Shown here: positions 39,494 to 48,466 of the stretch, one piece after another | Layout: every line of letters begins with the position of its first letter | Numbering within the stretch: position 1 is the stretch's first letter | Assembly (NCBI GenBank): GCA_963713825.1 | Contig: CAVQNG010000001.1 | Coordinates: 96,001-160,000, forward strand | Length of the DNA stretch: 64,000 nt | Direction: 5' to 3' | DNA from: an uncultured Acidobacteriota bacterium | GTDB lineage: Bacteria; Acidobacteriota; Thermoanaerobaculia; Multivoradales; JAHEKO01 | Made by a program: the position numbers and the translations under genes | The notes under the pieces: model-generated | Database searches by the model: none | What the model was told of the DNA's origin: nothing | What the model saw: the letters and a program-made list of their open reading frames with translations, nothing else

Positions 39494-40543
39494 TCAATCA
39501 AAGTACCGCTGGAGCGTTCCGTTGCGACGAATGTCCAAGGTTATGCAATGAAATCCACCACCCAGCATCTTAGAGTGCCGCAACTTCAGGCGGATTACAT
39601 CCAGACCGTGCTTCTCCAAGAGCTTGATCAGAGCTGTCTGGTCTTCATCGACTACGACCAGTTTCGGATTGATGCTCAAGACATTCATGTCGATCCAGTT
39701 GCTACCGATGCTCTTGGCTAGATAGTCGGCATCATATCTATCGGTGTTTTCCATCGGTGGACTGTAGATGACTTCCCATTGTCGAAAGATCTCAGGCAGG
39801 GTCTCGTCGTTGATCCGCCCCGGATTGCAGAGGACCAAGCCAGGGCGCAAAGCTGCAAAGGTCGAGTCGATATGGCTGCCATAATAGACATCTTTGAAGA
39901 AGTGAACCCGAAAAGCATCGCCCAGAATTGTCTGCAGCCATTGCCCACCCAGTTCATTGCCCGTGCCGCTGACCAGATAGAGCAAATCCTGGCCGAGACG
40001 CAGGACGTTCGCTGCATCGAAAGCTGGTTCATCGTTCCGTGGTGTGGGCTTGTTCAGATCCACCTCGAACAGCGAGTCCAACAGCATGGGTTTGGGGGCG
40101 CTGAACCACTTGGCTCCCGACCTTAGATAGTCGACCATCATCGAGCGATAGCTGAACGACTCCAAGGCGCGGCTGCGGATGACATTGGGCGTCTCGATAA
40201 TCTGATCGCCGATGACCAGAATGATGTCGCGGGGACAATAGTTGTAGTACCCCTCGGACTCCCAATGGATGGTGGAAAACTTGGCCTCGTGTGGCCATGT
40301 CTCTGGGCGTCTGACGGTGATGCCCAAACCCTCCAGGACGGCAGCAAAGGTATTCAGATCCTCTTCCGTCTCCTCGATGATCCGCTCTGGGAAAGGGCCC
40401 TGCGGAATCTCTTCCAGTGGACGGCCGGGAAATTCTGCCAGTTGGGTACTTCGGTCTGCTGTAGGAAATCTCGCACGCAGCGGATTGCCGACAATCACTT
40501 CTTCCAGTGGATCCCACTCGTTGCAACTCCAAACGACTGACAT
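39494..40543 (-). CDS. L-arginine-dependent amidinotransferase (StrB1/AmtA/AGAT family)
   Basis: NEWDPLEEVIVG, CPRD, FDAAN, HIDST, GGGFHC (catalytic Asp/His/Cys); AAAGGA RBS. Confidence 0.92.
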   Translation of the reverse strand: MSVVWSCNEWDPLEEVIVGNPLRARFPTADRSTQLAEFPGRPLEEIPQGPFPERIIEETEEDLNTFAAVLEGLGITVRRPETWPHEAKFSTIHWESEGYYNYCPRDIILVIGDQIIETPNVIRSRALESFSYRSMMVDYLRSGAKWFSAPKPMLLDSLFEVDLNKPTPRNDEPAFDAANVLRLGQDLLYLVSGTGNELGGQWLQTILGDAFRVHFFKDVYYGSHIDSTFAALRPGLVLCNPGRINDETLPEIFRQWEVIYSPPMENTDRYDADYLAKSIGSNWIDMNVLSINPKLVVVDEDQTALIKLLEKHGLDVIRLKLRHSKMLGGGFHCITLDIRRNGTLQRYFD

Positions 40544-40724
40544 ATGAATCAAATCCTTTTTTGTCCGGGGCTAATGAACGCGGCTCATCCGCCGAGTCCA
40601 CGAAGTGGATCCCCACCTTTGCCCCTGATTCCCTGCAGATCCGAGACGCGCCGACACAGCCAAGGCTCCTTCTTTGCCCCGAAGGACCTTGGCTGGCCGA
40701 ACGGATTACTTTAGCCCTTGCAGC

Positions 40725-41129
40725 CTATTCGACGGGTATTGATTCCCACAATGCGCTGTTTGGACAGACAACAAGCTCTCGATTCTCTTGGTCAATTTTC
40801 GAGGCCGGAGAACCCTCGTAGTTGTCCCAGAACAAACCCCACTCCTCAAAACTAGGCGCTACCACAATAAACAACAGGTCAGTTTCACCCATATTGGTGA
40901 CGGCGACCGGGTGATAGACCCAGGCCTCCAGGTTTTCTCCACCCTTCATTCCCTTTGCAGCCTCGAGCCACTTGGCAGCACCTGCTTCCACCTGCTTCTC
41001 AGTTGCATCATCGTCCAGCTCACAGTGGAAGACCTGCGAGACTCTGACCGCATAGGCCGGAGCGGCTGCAACCATCACCACGGCAAAGAGCATCGCGGAA
41101 ACAAGCATCAATCGAATAGCTTTGTTCAT
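40725..41129 (-). CDS. Secreted hypothetical protein (134 aa)
   Basis: GAGGAG RBS; signal ending AYA; two Cys. Confidence 0.7.
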   Translation of the reverse strand: MNKAIRLMLVSAMLFAVVMVAAAPAYAVRVSQVFHCELDDDATEKQVEAGAAKWLEAAKGMKGGENLEAWVYHPVAVTNMGETDLLFIVVAPSFEEWGLFWDNYEGSPASKIDQENRELVVCPNSALWESIPVE

Positions 41130-41266
41130 AACCTAATCTCCTCTCGAGTTAGTGTTTCGAAGCAGTATTCCGCACAGCGAAGGGGCCTGCCCCCGAACAA
41201 TTGTGCAAGGTCAGTCTGAACAATAACACCTGACCTGATCCACTGAAGGACACATCTACTTCCGAC

Positions 41267-41415
41267 TTACTTCTCCAGTTCCATCTCTCCGAGCCGCCAG
41301 GTCTTGTCGTACCAGAGCTCGAGCGGACCATAGAGGCGGAAGATTGTGTTCCAGCCCTTGCCGGGAACCGTCTGAACCCAGTTGTTACCCTGGCCCTCAG
41401 GCGCTTCGGGTTGAA
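41267..41415 (-). pseudogene. C-terminal fragment of a DUF1254/DUF1214 protein
   Basis: PEAPEG..NNWVQTVPGKGWNTIFRLYGPLE.WYDKTWR with no matching upstream body. Confidence 0.7.
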
Positions 41416-41469
41416 TGAAGCCACACTGCGCTGCCGCATGAAGAAGCTCGGAATCCAACGACCCGGACG

Positions 41470-42705
41470 CTAGGTGGAGCTCGCTTCATGCTGACGGCGC
41501 AGAGGCTGGAACTTCAAATAGGTCAGGCTGCGCCACAACCATTCAGCTGGCCCGAACCTGAATCTGCCCAACCACCAGGTGCAGAACATCAGCAGTGTCA
41601 CAAAGAAAAGAACGGCATAGAAGGTGGTGGCGGCCGGCCCCAACAGGAAAAGCTGACCAAAACCCCATCCGTAGAACAGCGTGGTGAACATCACCGTGCT
41701 GAACAGATAAACCGTCAGGGCCATTCTCCCCAGGTTCTCGAAGGGCCGAAGAGCGGTTTGCCAGCCCGGCCTTTGCGCCAGTAAGACGATCCCCGCGCCA
41801 TAACCCAGCGCCAGCGCCGTCGAGCCATAGGCAAAGAGCATGTCGCCAAGAAACCGGACCCCGCTCGATGCCGTGGTCTCGGTAAAGACTGCGTAGCCAA
41901 ATTTCTGGATCAGCCACCACTCAGCGAGTGCGCTGGCTACCCCGATGCCAATACCCCAGCCAAACACTCTGCGGATCAACGGGAGATGGGGCGCGACGTC
42001 GTAGAGAATCCTGGTCCGGCCCACGAACAGGCCAAGCAGGAACATCGAGAAGATTGCAAGACTCGATTCGGGGTCGTGCAGGTTTGACCAGATCCGTGGC
42101 GGAATGGCGAAAGCATTTTCCCGGAAGACATCCATAGGGGAACCCAGGAAAGGATGATCCACCCTCAGTTCGGCCAACGGAAGCGAATCTTCCCACTGGG
42201 CATCCAGGTCATCGCTGCTTTCTGTGTGAACCAGATTACCCACCGGGAAAGCTGCGAGGAGAAGACAGGCCAGAATCAGGAGCGTACGGGGCCGGACATT
42301 GCGGAACGCCACGAGTATCAGCCCCAGCATGGCGTATTCCATCAAGATGTCGCCGTCGAAAAACAGGGCGTGCACCATCCCAAAGACGAACAGGATGGTC
42401 AGTCGTCTGAAGTAGAACCACAAAGACCCGCCCTCGTGTGACATCGCCTTGGCCAACTGCAGTGCGAAGCCCAAACCAAACAACAGGGAGAACAGGCGCC
42501 AGGATTTGGTTTCGAAGAACGCATGCATCCATGTACTGAAGGCGCGATCGAGAGTGCCAGTCCACTCGGGAGCATCAGCCCCGAAGTTGTACATATTGAC
42601 GAGCAACACCCCGAAAAGAGCAAATCCACGGACTGCGTCAACGGAACGGATGCGAGCCCCCGGATCGGTTGGGCCGACTCGTTCTGAACCTGGCATGCGA
42701 GCCAT
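41470..42705 (-). CDS. DUF418 (YeiB-like) membrane protein
   Basis: RIRSVDAVRGFALFGVLLVN; GDILMEYA; GRMALTVYL; GPAEWLWRSLTY. Confidence 0.9.
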   Translation of the reverse strand: MARMPGSERVGPTDPGARIRSVDAVRGFALFGVLLVNMYNFGADAPEWTGTLDRAFSTWMHAFFETKSWRLFSLLFGLGFALQLAKAMSHEGGSLWFYFRRLTILFVFGMVHALFFDGDILMEYAMLGLILVAFRNVRPRTLLILACLLLAAFPVGNLVHTESSDDLDAQWEDSLPLAELRVDHPFLGSPMDVFRENAFAIPPRIWSNLHDPESSLAIFSMFLLGLFVGRTRILYDVAPHLPLIRRVFGWGIGIGVASALAEWWLIQKFGYAVFTETTASSGVRFLGDMLFAYGSTALALGYGAGIVLLAQRPGWQTALRPFENLGRMALTVYLFSTVMFTTLFYGWGFGQLFLLGPAATTFYAVLFFVTLLMFCTWWLGRFRFGPAEWLWRSLTYLKFQPLRRQHEASST

Positions 42706-42784
42706 TCTCTGCTTCTATGACCGGCAGATCAATCCTGGCAGGCGGGAAGACCAACACTCCAGGTGGATCAGTTTTTGAGGCTCG

Positions 42785-43160
42785 ACCACCGGCCGGGTAG
42801 ACCGCGAATTGATCCAGAGCTCTTGAGACTCATCCGTCGGATGGCCACTACAAACCCACTTTGGGGAGCGCCGCGGATCCACGGCGAGTTGCTCAAGCTT
42901 GGGATCGAAGTCTCTGAGCGCACTGTCTCTCGCTGGATGCCGAAGCGACCGAAGCCACCGTCCCAGACCTGGCGAGCCTTTCTGGAGAACCACCTCAAGG
43001 ACTTGGTCTCGATCGATTTCTTCACCGTTGCCTCGGCGACCTTCCAGATCCTCTTCGTCTTCGTCGTCCTCACCCACGACCGGCGGCGCGTGGCAGGCCT
43101 CCAGATCACCGAAGTGCTCATCGCTCCCCGGTCGCCTTGGCAGAATCCGTACGTCGCGCG
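42785..43160 (+). mobile_element. Internally deleted IS transposase/integrase-core fragment
   Basis: GRPRI...MATTNPLWGAPRIHGELLKLGIEVSERTV, QTWRAFL.NH, IDFFTV, then a jump to APRSPWQNPY. Confidence 0.8.
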
Positions 43161-43200
43161 GCGTCAAATGGAAAACCGTACTCCTTGTTATGATGCCGCC

Positions 43201-43857
43201 ATGAAAAAACTCGTCGTGTTAGTAAGTTTGTTCGGAGCCATTAGTCTTCCTCTCGCGGCCCAGGACTCTGAGCCAACCCAGGTTCCTGAACCGACGCAGA
43301 CTCCTGATGTGATCACGGTCCCTGAGCAGACCGATGCTCCAGAACCTGCCCAAGCTCCTGGGCCCTTGAGCCCCCTGGAGAAGGCTCTCATTCAGAGTGC
43401 CTACGATGGGAAACTGGCTGAGGTCCAGGTACTGGTTGCCAAAGGCGCCTCTGTAGATTTAGCCGATAAGAAGAAACGCACGCCGCTTATTCTGGCTGCA
43501 TATAACGGTCACACATCTGTTGTCGAATTTCTCTACGGCAAGGGCGCGGATATCAACGCGAAAGACAGCGGGGGCCAAACCGCGCTGATGCACACGTGCA
43601 AACGTTCCTTTAACGAGACAGCAGCGTTCCTGCTGAAGAACGGCGCGGAGGTAAATGTCCAGAGTAGGAAAAAGGGTGTCACCGCCTTGATGATCACGGC
43701 GGTGGCGGGCAATGTGGAATTGGTGCGCATGCTGCTTGATCGCGGGGCGGATGCAAATCTCACTGATGTCTTTGGTAACACTGCCAAGATTCTGGCCGAG
43801 AAAAAGGGGAATTCGGCCGTGGTTGATTTGCTGTCTGAGCCGCCAGCAAGTGGTTGA
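43201..43857 (+). CDS. Secreted ankyrin-repeat protein
   Basis: Signal MKKLVVLVSLF..LAA; P/Q/T-rich linker; about five ankyrin repeats (TPLILAA..GH, GQTALM, GVTALM, GNTA). Confidence 0.88.
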   Translation: MKKLVVLVSLFGAISLPLAAQDSEPTQVPEPTQTPDVITVPEQTDAPEPAQAPGPLSPLEKALIQSAYDGKLAEVQVLVAKGASVDLADKKKRTPLILAAYNGHTSVVEFLYGKGADINAKDSGGQTALMHTCKRSFNETAAFLLKNGAEVNVQSRKKGVTALMITAVAGNVELVRMLLDRGADANLTDVFGNTAKILAEKKGNSAVVDLLSEPPASG

Positions 43858-44058
43858 CCGGGCGCTGGAGAACGTCACGCCCGCGGACGTCTACTACGGT
43901 CGCCACCGAACAGTGCTCCCCGAGAGGGCCAGGATCAAGCGGCTGACAACGCAGCGCAGAAAGAGTGAGTACGGGGCTGCGAAATCAGCCTAGCTCCGAA
44001 CCATGAACCGTCTCTTGGAAATCGACTCCGACTGTCCGAAATATTCGGACGACGTGCA
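43858..44058 (+). mobile_element. IS3-family transposase 3' end with right terminal inverted repeat
   Basis: ALENVTPADVYYGR...RARIKR followed by the IS3-like end TGTCCGAAATATTCGGACGACGTGCA. Confidence 0.7.
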
Positions 44059-44327
44059 CACTTCGGGGTTGGTTTCACATAGCCATCCTTCTATAAATGT
44101 GTACTTCTCTCAGCACTGTCGATACGATTGCCGTATCGGTAGTGCCTAGAAGATCGTTGACCGTCGGGATTCATGCCTAAGGCTTGTACCACCGACGAAA
44201 AGTAGCGAGTACTTTCTTGGTTTTAAGAGGATCTATAGACGCAAAGAGATACTTCCTCTCTTCAAGGAATCGAATGAAGGTTTCGTTAAACCCCTCAACT
44301 CAAATTGCGAGGTAACAACCATGTGCG

Positions 44328-46454
44328 ATGACCGTGCGAAACGATGCGTGCTGGCAGTCCCTCCTCTGGAAAATTTCGGGTGCCTTGTTGATCACGCTGC
44401 TTTGCAGCCCCGTCTATGCTCAGCCGGCGAATGACGACTGTGAGAGTGCCGCCGTCCTGCCAGGCTCAGCTCCATTCCCCCCCTATACAGTCCGTGTTGA
44501 CGCTACCAATGCCACACTCGACCCCGCCGATCCCCTGCTCAGCTGCAACGCCGGCGGGGATGATGACGGCAACCAAACCGTTTGGTATGTCTACACACCA
44601 GATGCCAGCGGATGGGTCGACTTCAATACCTTTGGCAGCACGACAGCTGGGGGCGGTGAACTGGACACTGCGCACGGCGCATTTGCCGGAACCTGCGATG
44701 CCCTAACTCAAGTCGCCTGCGTAGACCAGGGTCTCAATGACAGCCTGGATGTCGAAGTGGAAGCAGGGACCACCTACTACATCAAGGTTGGTCAATTTGC
44801 TGGTGGCAACGATGCCGGAACTGTCGTGATGAATGTTGAAGAGGGTGTCCCGCCGATTGAGCCGGCTAGACTGGTTATCGAATCCTCGAACAATGGCACC
44901 TCCGCCCCGGTGAGAGATATTGTTGGTGGGTCTGCACCTATTTCAATTTCCGCGGCTCAAGCGGAGAACATGATCGAAAAACTTGTCGAGATTCCGAATT
45001 ACGTGCTTGCTGACGGCGAGTCTTCGAAACCCGATGCGGGACCTGTCGGGTCACAGGTCGCAGGCAATGGTGAAGTCAGATGGAACGGTCCGGCAGATCT
45101 TCTGCAAGTTTTCGAAGGCGGAGAAAACGATGACAACGCCTTTACCTTTGGTTTTCTCATAGCTCCGCCCGACACGGTAGGCGACGTCGGTAGAGACCAT
45201 TACGTACAGATGTACAATCTGCTGACGGAGATCTTCGACAAGGAGGGCAATAGCGTTCTCGGACCGTTTCCGACCTCCACCTTCTTTACCGGAATGTCTG
45301 GAAATTGCGCAATCAGTGACGATGGAGACCCGATCGTCCTCTATGACGAGGAAACGGACCGTTGGCTGGTGTCACAGTTCCTGGCTTCCTTCCAGGATGG
45401 CCTCTGCATAGCCATTTCGACCAGCGGCGACCCGACCGGCAGTTACAACCAGTATGAGTTTGACTTCACCGGTATCGGGTTTCCCGATTATCCGAAGTTT
45501 GGCTTCGCAACCGGTGCCATCAACGTGATGGTCAACCTGTTCTCCCCCTTCCAGGGCTCTGCGCTGGGCGCGATCGACAAGTCCGAGATGTTGGCTGGAG
45601 AACCGGCAACGATGGTGCTCTTCACCGGAGGCGAAGACGCTAATTATGCATTTGGCTGGGTTCCTGGTGACAACGATGGTCCGGTTTTCGACAACACGCT
45701 GCCGACTTTCTTCACCACTCTCGGAGGTTCCGGCGATACCATCTTCGTCGCGGAAATTACGCCTGACTGGGCCACTCCGGAGAATACTGGGCTCGGCTTT
45801 GACTTTATCCCGGTTACGCCATGGGACAGCACGCTCTGTGGTGCTTCGCGCGGTGCTTGTATTGATCAGCCGGGTTCGGGTACGGAGAACATTCCCTTCC
45901 TGGAAGGTATTACCGACCGCCTGATGCACCGCGGGCAGACCCGTGATTTCGGTAGGCGCAAGAAAGCCATCCTCAGCCATACGGTGGATGTGGACGGCAC
46001 GGGCAAAGCGGGTGTGCGCTGGTATGAGCTCTGGAACCACAAGGACCGAGGCTGGACGCTGAAGAAGGAAAACACCTTCTCACCCGACGGTGACCACCGC
46101 TGGATGGGTAGTATTGCGATGACCGCCTCTGGTAGTACTTGCCTGGGATATAGCATCTCAAGTCAAACTACCTACCCGAGTATTGGCATTACCGGCCGCA
46201 AAGGCACGTCGAACCACATGAATATTTTTGAATTGGTGGCTTTCGATGGCAACGTTGCTGGGAACGTGCAGCGGTCAACGGCGAGATGGGGTGATTACAG
46301 CGCCATGTCCATCGACCCGGTAGACGACAGCTGCTGGTACACCCAGGAACATGCCAAGCCAGGTTCCTTTATTGACGAGATATTCGGCTGGGGTACCCAG
46401 GTGATGCAATTCTCAGTCAGCGGTCGCGGTCGCGGTCAAGGACGCGGACGATGA
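44328..46454 (+). CDS. Large secreted protein (ANDDC/PPC-like N-domain + beta-rich C-domain)
   Basis: Signal; PANDDC; GTTYYIKVG; PPDTVGDVG..HYVQMYN, GDPIVLYD, FPDYPK, RWGDYSAM motifs. Confidence 0.75.
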   Translation: MTVRNDACWQSLLWKISGALLITLLCSPVYAQPANDDCESAAVLPGSAPFPPYTVRVDATNATLDPADPLLSCNAGGDDDGNQTVWYVYTPDASGWVDFNTFGSTTAGGGELDTAHGAFAGTCDALTQVACVDQGLNDSLDVEVEAGTTYYIKVGQFAGGNDAGTVVMNVEEGVPPIEPARLVIESSNNGTSAPVRDIVGGSAPISISAAQAENMIEKLVEIPNYVLADGESSKPDAGPVGSQVAGNGEVRWNGPADLLQVFEGGENDDNAFTFGFLIAPPDTVGDVGRDHYVQMYNLLTEIFDKEGNSVLGPFPTSTFFTGMSGNCAISDDGDPIVLYDEETDRWLVSQFLASFQDGLCIAISTSGDPTGSYNQYEFDFTGIGFPDYPKFGFATGAINVMVNLFSPFQGSALGAIDKSEMLAGEPATMVLFTGGEDANYAFGWVPGDNDGPVFDNTLPTFFTTLGGSGDTIFVAEITPDWATPENTGLGFDFIPVTPWDSTLCGASRGACIDQPGSGTENIPFLEGITDRLMHRGQTRDFGRRKKAILSHTVDVDGTGKAGVRWYELWNHKDRGWTLKKENTFSPDGDHRWMGSIAMTASGSTCLGYSISSQTTYPSIGITGRKGTSNHMNIFELVAFDGNVAGNVQRSTARWGDYSAMSIDPVDDSCWYTQEHAKPGSFIDEIFGWGTQVMQFSVSGRGRGQGRGR

Positions 46455-46524
46455 CTAGCGGGACTGTGCCGTGGGTTGCAAGGCCTGAACAGGTCTAGCC
46501 CCATGGGGCAAGAGAAGTACAATG

Positions 46525-46554
46525 GGAGGGTCTCGTTGAGGCCCTCCTTTTTTT
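46525..46554 (+). terminator. Rho-independent terminator
   Basis: GGAGGGTCTC-gtt-GAGGCCCTCC followed by a T7 tract. Confidence 0.85.
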
Positions 46555-46569
46555 GAGACGAGGTAAGCA

Positions 46570-46995
46570 GTGCATGGTTCAAGGCGGGCCCGTCTGCGTC
46601 AATGCTGTAAGGACTGCAACCCCATTCCGTTCCTGTTGGCGGCGATCTGCCTGGTGGGTTGTCTGCACACCGAGATGCCAGTGAATCCCCCTGATACCGG
46701 TATCAGAGGGACTGTGCTTTGGGGCCCGGTCGAGCCCGGACCGTCCAGGCTTGGACAAAGCGACGAAGCGCCGCTTCGAGCTACCTTTCTGGTACAGAGT
46801 GCCGGCCGCGAGGTGGCGCGATTCAAGTCCGACGCCAAGGGTAGCTTCGAGGTCTTGCTGCCTGCAGGCGACTACGTGATCGTCCCGGACCAATCAACGC
46901 CCATGCCCGCCCCACAGAACCAGAAGAAGTCAGTAACCGTGCCGGCGGACGGCTTTGCCGTCGTCACGCTCAGGTTCGACACCGGCATGAGGTGA
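46570..46995 (+). CDS. Putative lipoprotein, carboxypeptidase-regulatory-like beta-sandwich
   Basis: LVGC lipobox; TGIRGTVLWGP; SDAKGSFEVLLPAGDY; DTGMR. Confidence 0.7.
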   Translation: MHGSRRARLRQCCKDCNPIPFLLAAICLVGCLHTEMPVNPPDTGIRGTVLWGPVEPGPSRLGQSDEAPLRATFLVQSAGREVARFKSDAKGSFEVLLPAGDYVIVPDQSTPMPAPQNQKKSVTVPADGFAVVTLRFDTGMR

Positions 46996-47149
46996 TTGAG
47001 GCATCCCCCGACAGCTGGACCGGGTATCTGCGAGAATTCTCATAATCCGTAAGGAGGCAGAGAATGAGGGGCAGCTCACCCCTTTTCTGATCCACCCGAT
47101 GTGCGAGTTTCGGGGGATGCCTCATGTCTGGTCCCATCGACTGCGGACT

Positions 47150-48214
47150 CTATGGTACGAACGACACAGCCGTCGGTGGATACCAGATTCGGCGCTCACG
47201 CTTACGCTGTTCATCGATTGCAGCGACCGAAGTGGAATAGGCTGTGCCCGAGACAAGCTCGGGCAGCCGAGCCTGCGTCCCGTCGATCATCGGGCTCTTC
47301 CAAGCTGCACCGTCTCGAAGTCTGTTGAGAGTGACCTCGTACATGATCTGCACCGACGAGAGACTGCGCGACGGTTGCCACGTCAAGACGTATCTACCGC
47401 GGTCGATCTGCCGAATCTCCAAGCCGGTCGGGCGCGACGGCGGAAACCACTCGGGCTCGCCCAGATAGTACGAGTAGCGACTCTCCGAGCCCCACGTATC
47501 TTCGGCGTCAACGAAAGGCACTGCGAACTGGCCCTTGACGAGGACGTGCGCAGCGTTCGTCAGATACTCCCTTGGAAAGATCCAACCGCCTGGCAAGCAG
47601 TCGGGATACTGCGGGTTTTGCCGCAGCCAGTCGAGGGTTGGTAACGCCCCGTCCGGCGTGCGCAGAATGACGCCACCCTTGAAGTAGTTGGCGTCGGCGA
47701 CTCGCCAAGTGCCGTCGAGCGACACCTCCGTTACGACGTGAACCGATGGACTGTAGGCCGATGGCAAGAAGGTGATTCTGGCATCCCATCCCGCGGCAAG
47801 ACAGAGCTGCCGGACGATCTCAGCTGTATGCCAGCAGCGTGCGTCATGCAGCTCCAGCAACTCGTGCGCTGCCGTGACAATGGTCTGCTGATCGGTTTCG
47901 AAAGGGCACTCCAGGGGATTGTGCCACGTGGCATCTTGCACGAACCGAACGATCGCTTCCAGCATTGCCTGCTTGCTGGAGCGCGTCTGCAACACGTTCG
48001 ACAGCACCTCGCGTAGGTACTCCCTCTTGGAAGTGCCCTCGAGACGGGCACGCACGAATTCAAGCTTCGTCTGGTTGTATCCGTTTGTCTCAGCCGTGAC
48101 CTGAGTAGCCGGCAGAATGAACCACGGTATCCCGTCTCTGACCCAGTCGCGCTTGAACCGCCACCCGAACTCGTACCCGCATTGTCCAGCGCTATCACTT
48201 GGCACTGTGCGCAC
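47150..48214 (-). CDS. Transglutaminase-like (Cys-His-Asp) protein with C-terminal FN3 domain
   Basis: ARCWH, HVVTEV, WRVADA triad; PPSRPTGL...LTW..S...Y..SVAAID FN3 pattern. Confidence 0.75.
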   Translation of the reverse strand: MRTVPSDSAGQCGYEFGWRFKRDWVRDGIPWFILPATQVTAETNGYNQTKLEFVRARLEGTSKREYLREVLSNVLQTRSSKQAMLEAIVRFVQDATWHNPLECPFETDQQTIVTAAHELLELHDARCWHTAEIVRQLCLAAGWDARITFLPSAYSPSVHVVTEVSLDGTWRVADANYFKGGVILRTPDGALPTLDWLRQNPQYPDCLPGGWIFPREYLTNAAHVLVKGQFAVPFVDAEDTWGSESRYSYYLGEPEWFPPSRPTGLEIRQIDRGRYVLTWQPSRSLSSVQIMYEVTLNRLRDGAAWKSPMIDGTQARLPELVSGTAYSTSVAAIDEQRKRERRIWYPPTAVSFVP

Positions 48215-48247
48215 CCTCGAAAGCCAACCGCTCTCGGAGCCGATCTT

Positions 48248-48451
48248 CTAGTCGGCCTTCGCTTTCCCTTCCCCCTGCCCCATGCTGCCCCCCTTCATTT
48301 TCTCCAACTCACCGCGAATCACCGTGATCGCCTGCCTCATCAGCTCGCTGTCATTCGACTGGCCGCTCGCGTTGAGATACTCCGCAAACTCCGACAGATC
48401 AGCGACTGTGCTCTCCATCAGTTCCACTTTCTTTGGATTGAATCCACCCAT
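48248..48451 (-). CDS. 67-aa small protein, possible precursor peptide or partner
   Basis: Strong AAAGGAG RBS; packed between the rSAM and transglutaminase genes. Confidence 0.7.
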   Translation of the reverse strand: MGGFNPKKVELMESTVADLSEFAEYLNASGQSNDSELMRQAITVIRGELEKMKGGSMGQGEGKAKAD

Positions 48452-48466
48452 GGCAACTCCTTTCCG

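Noticed and set aside
42763-43857. Transposase-ankyrin fusion protein (364 aa)
   Set aside because: An internal signal peptide and promoter-like element at 43201 indicate a separate gene; the in-frame join looks accidental
44321-44433. Alternative ATG at 44321 with a better-spaced RBS
   Set aside because: Out of frame with the 708-aa gene and gives only a short peptide; cannot tell a uORF from chance
47036-47056. CTCATAATCCGTAAGG resembling a tRNA-Met anticodon loop / att site
   Set aside because: No T-arm or CCA follows; too short to support
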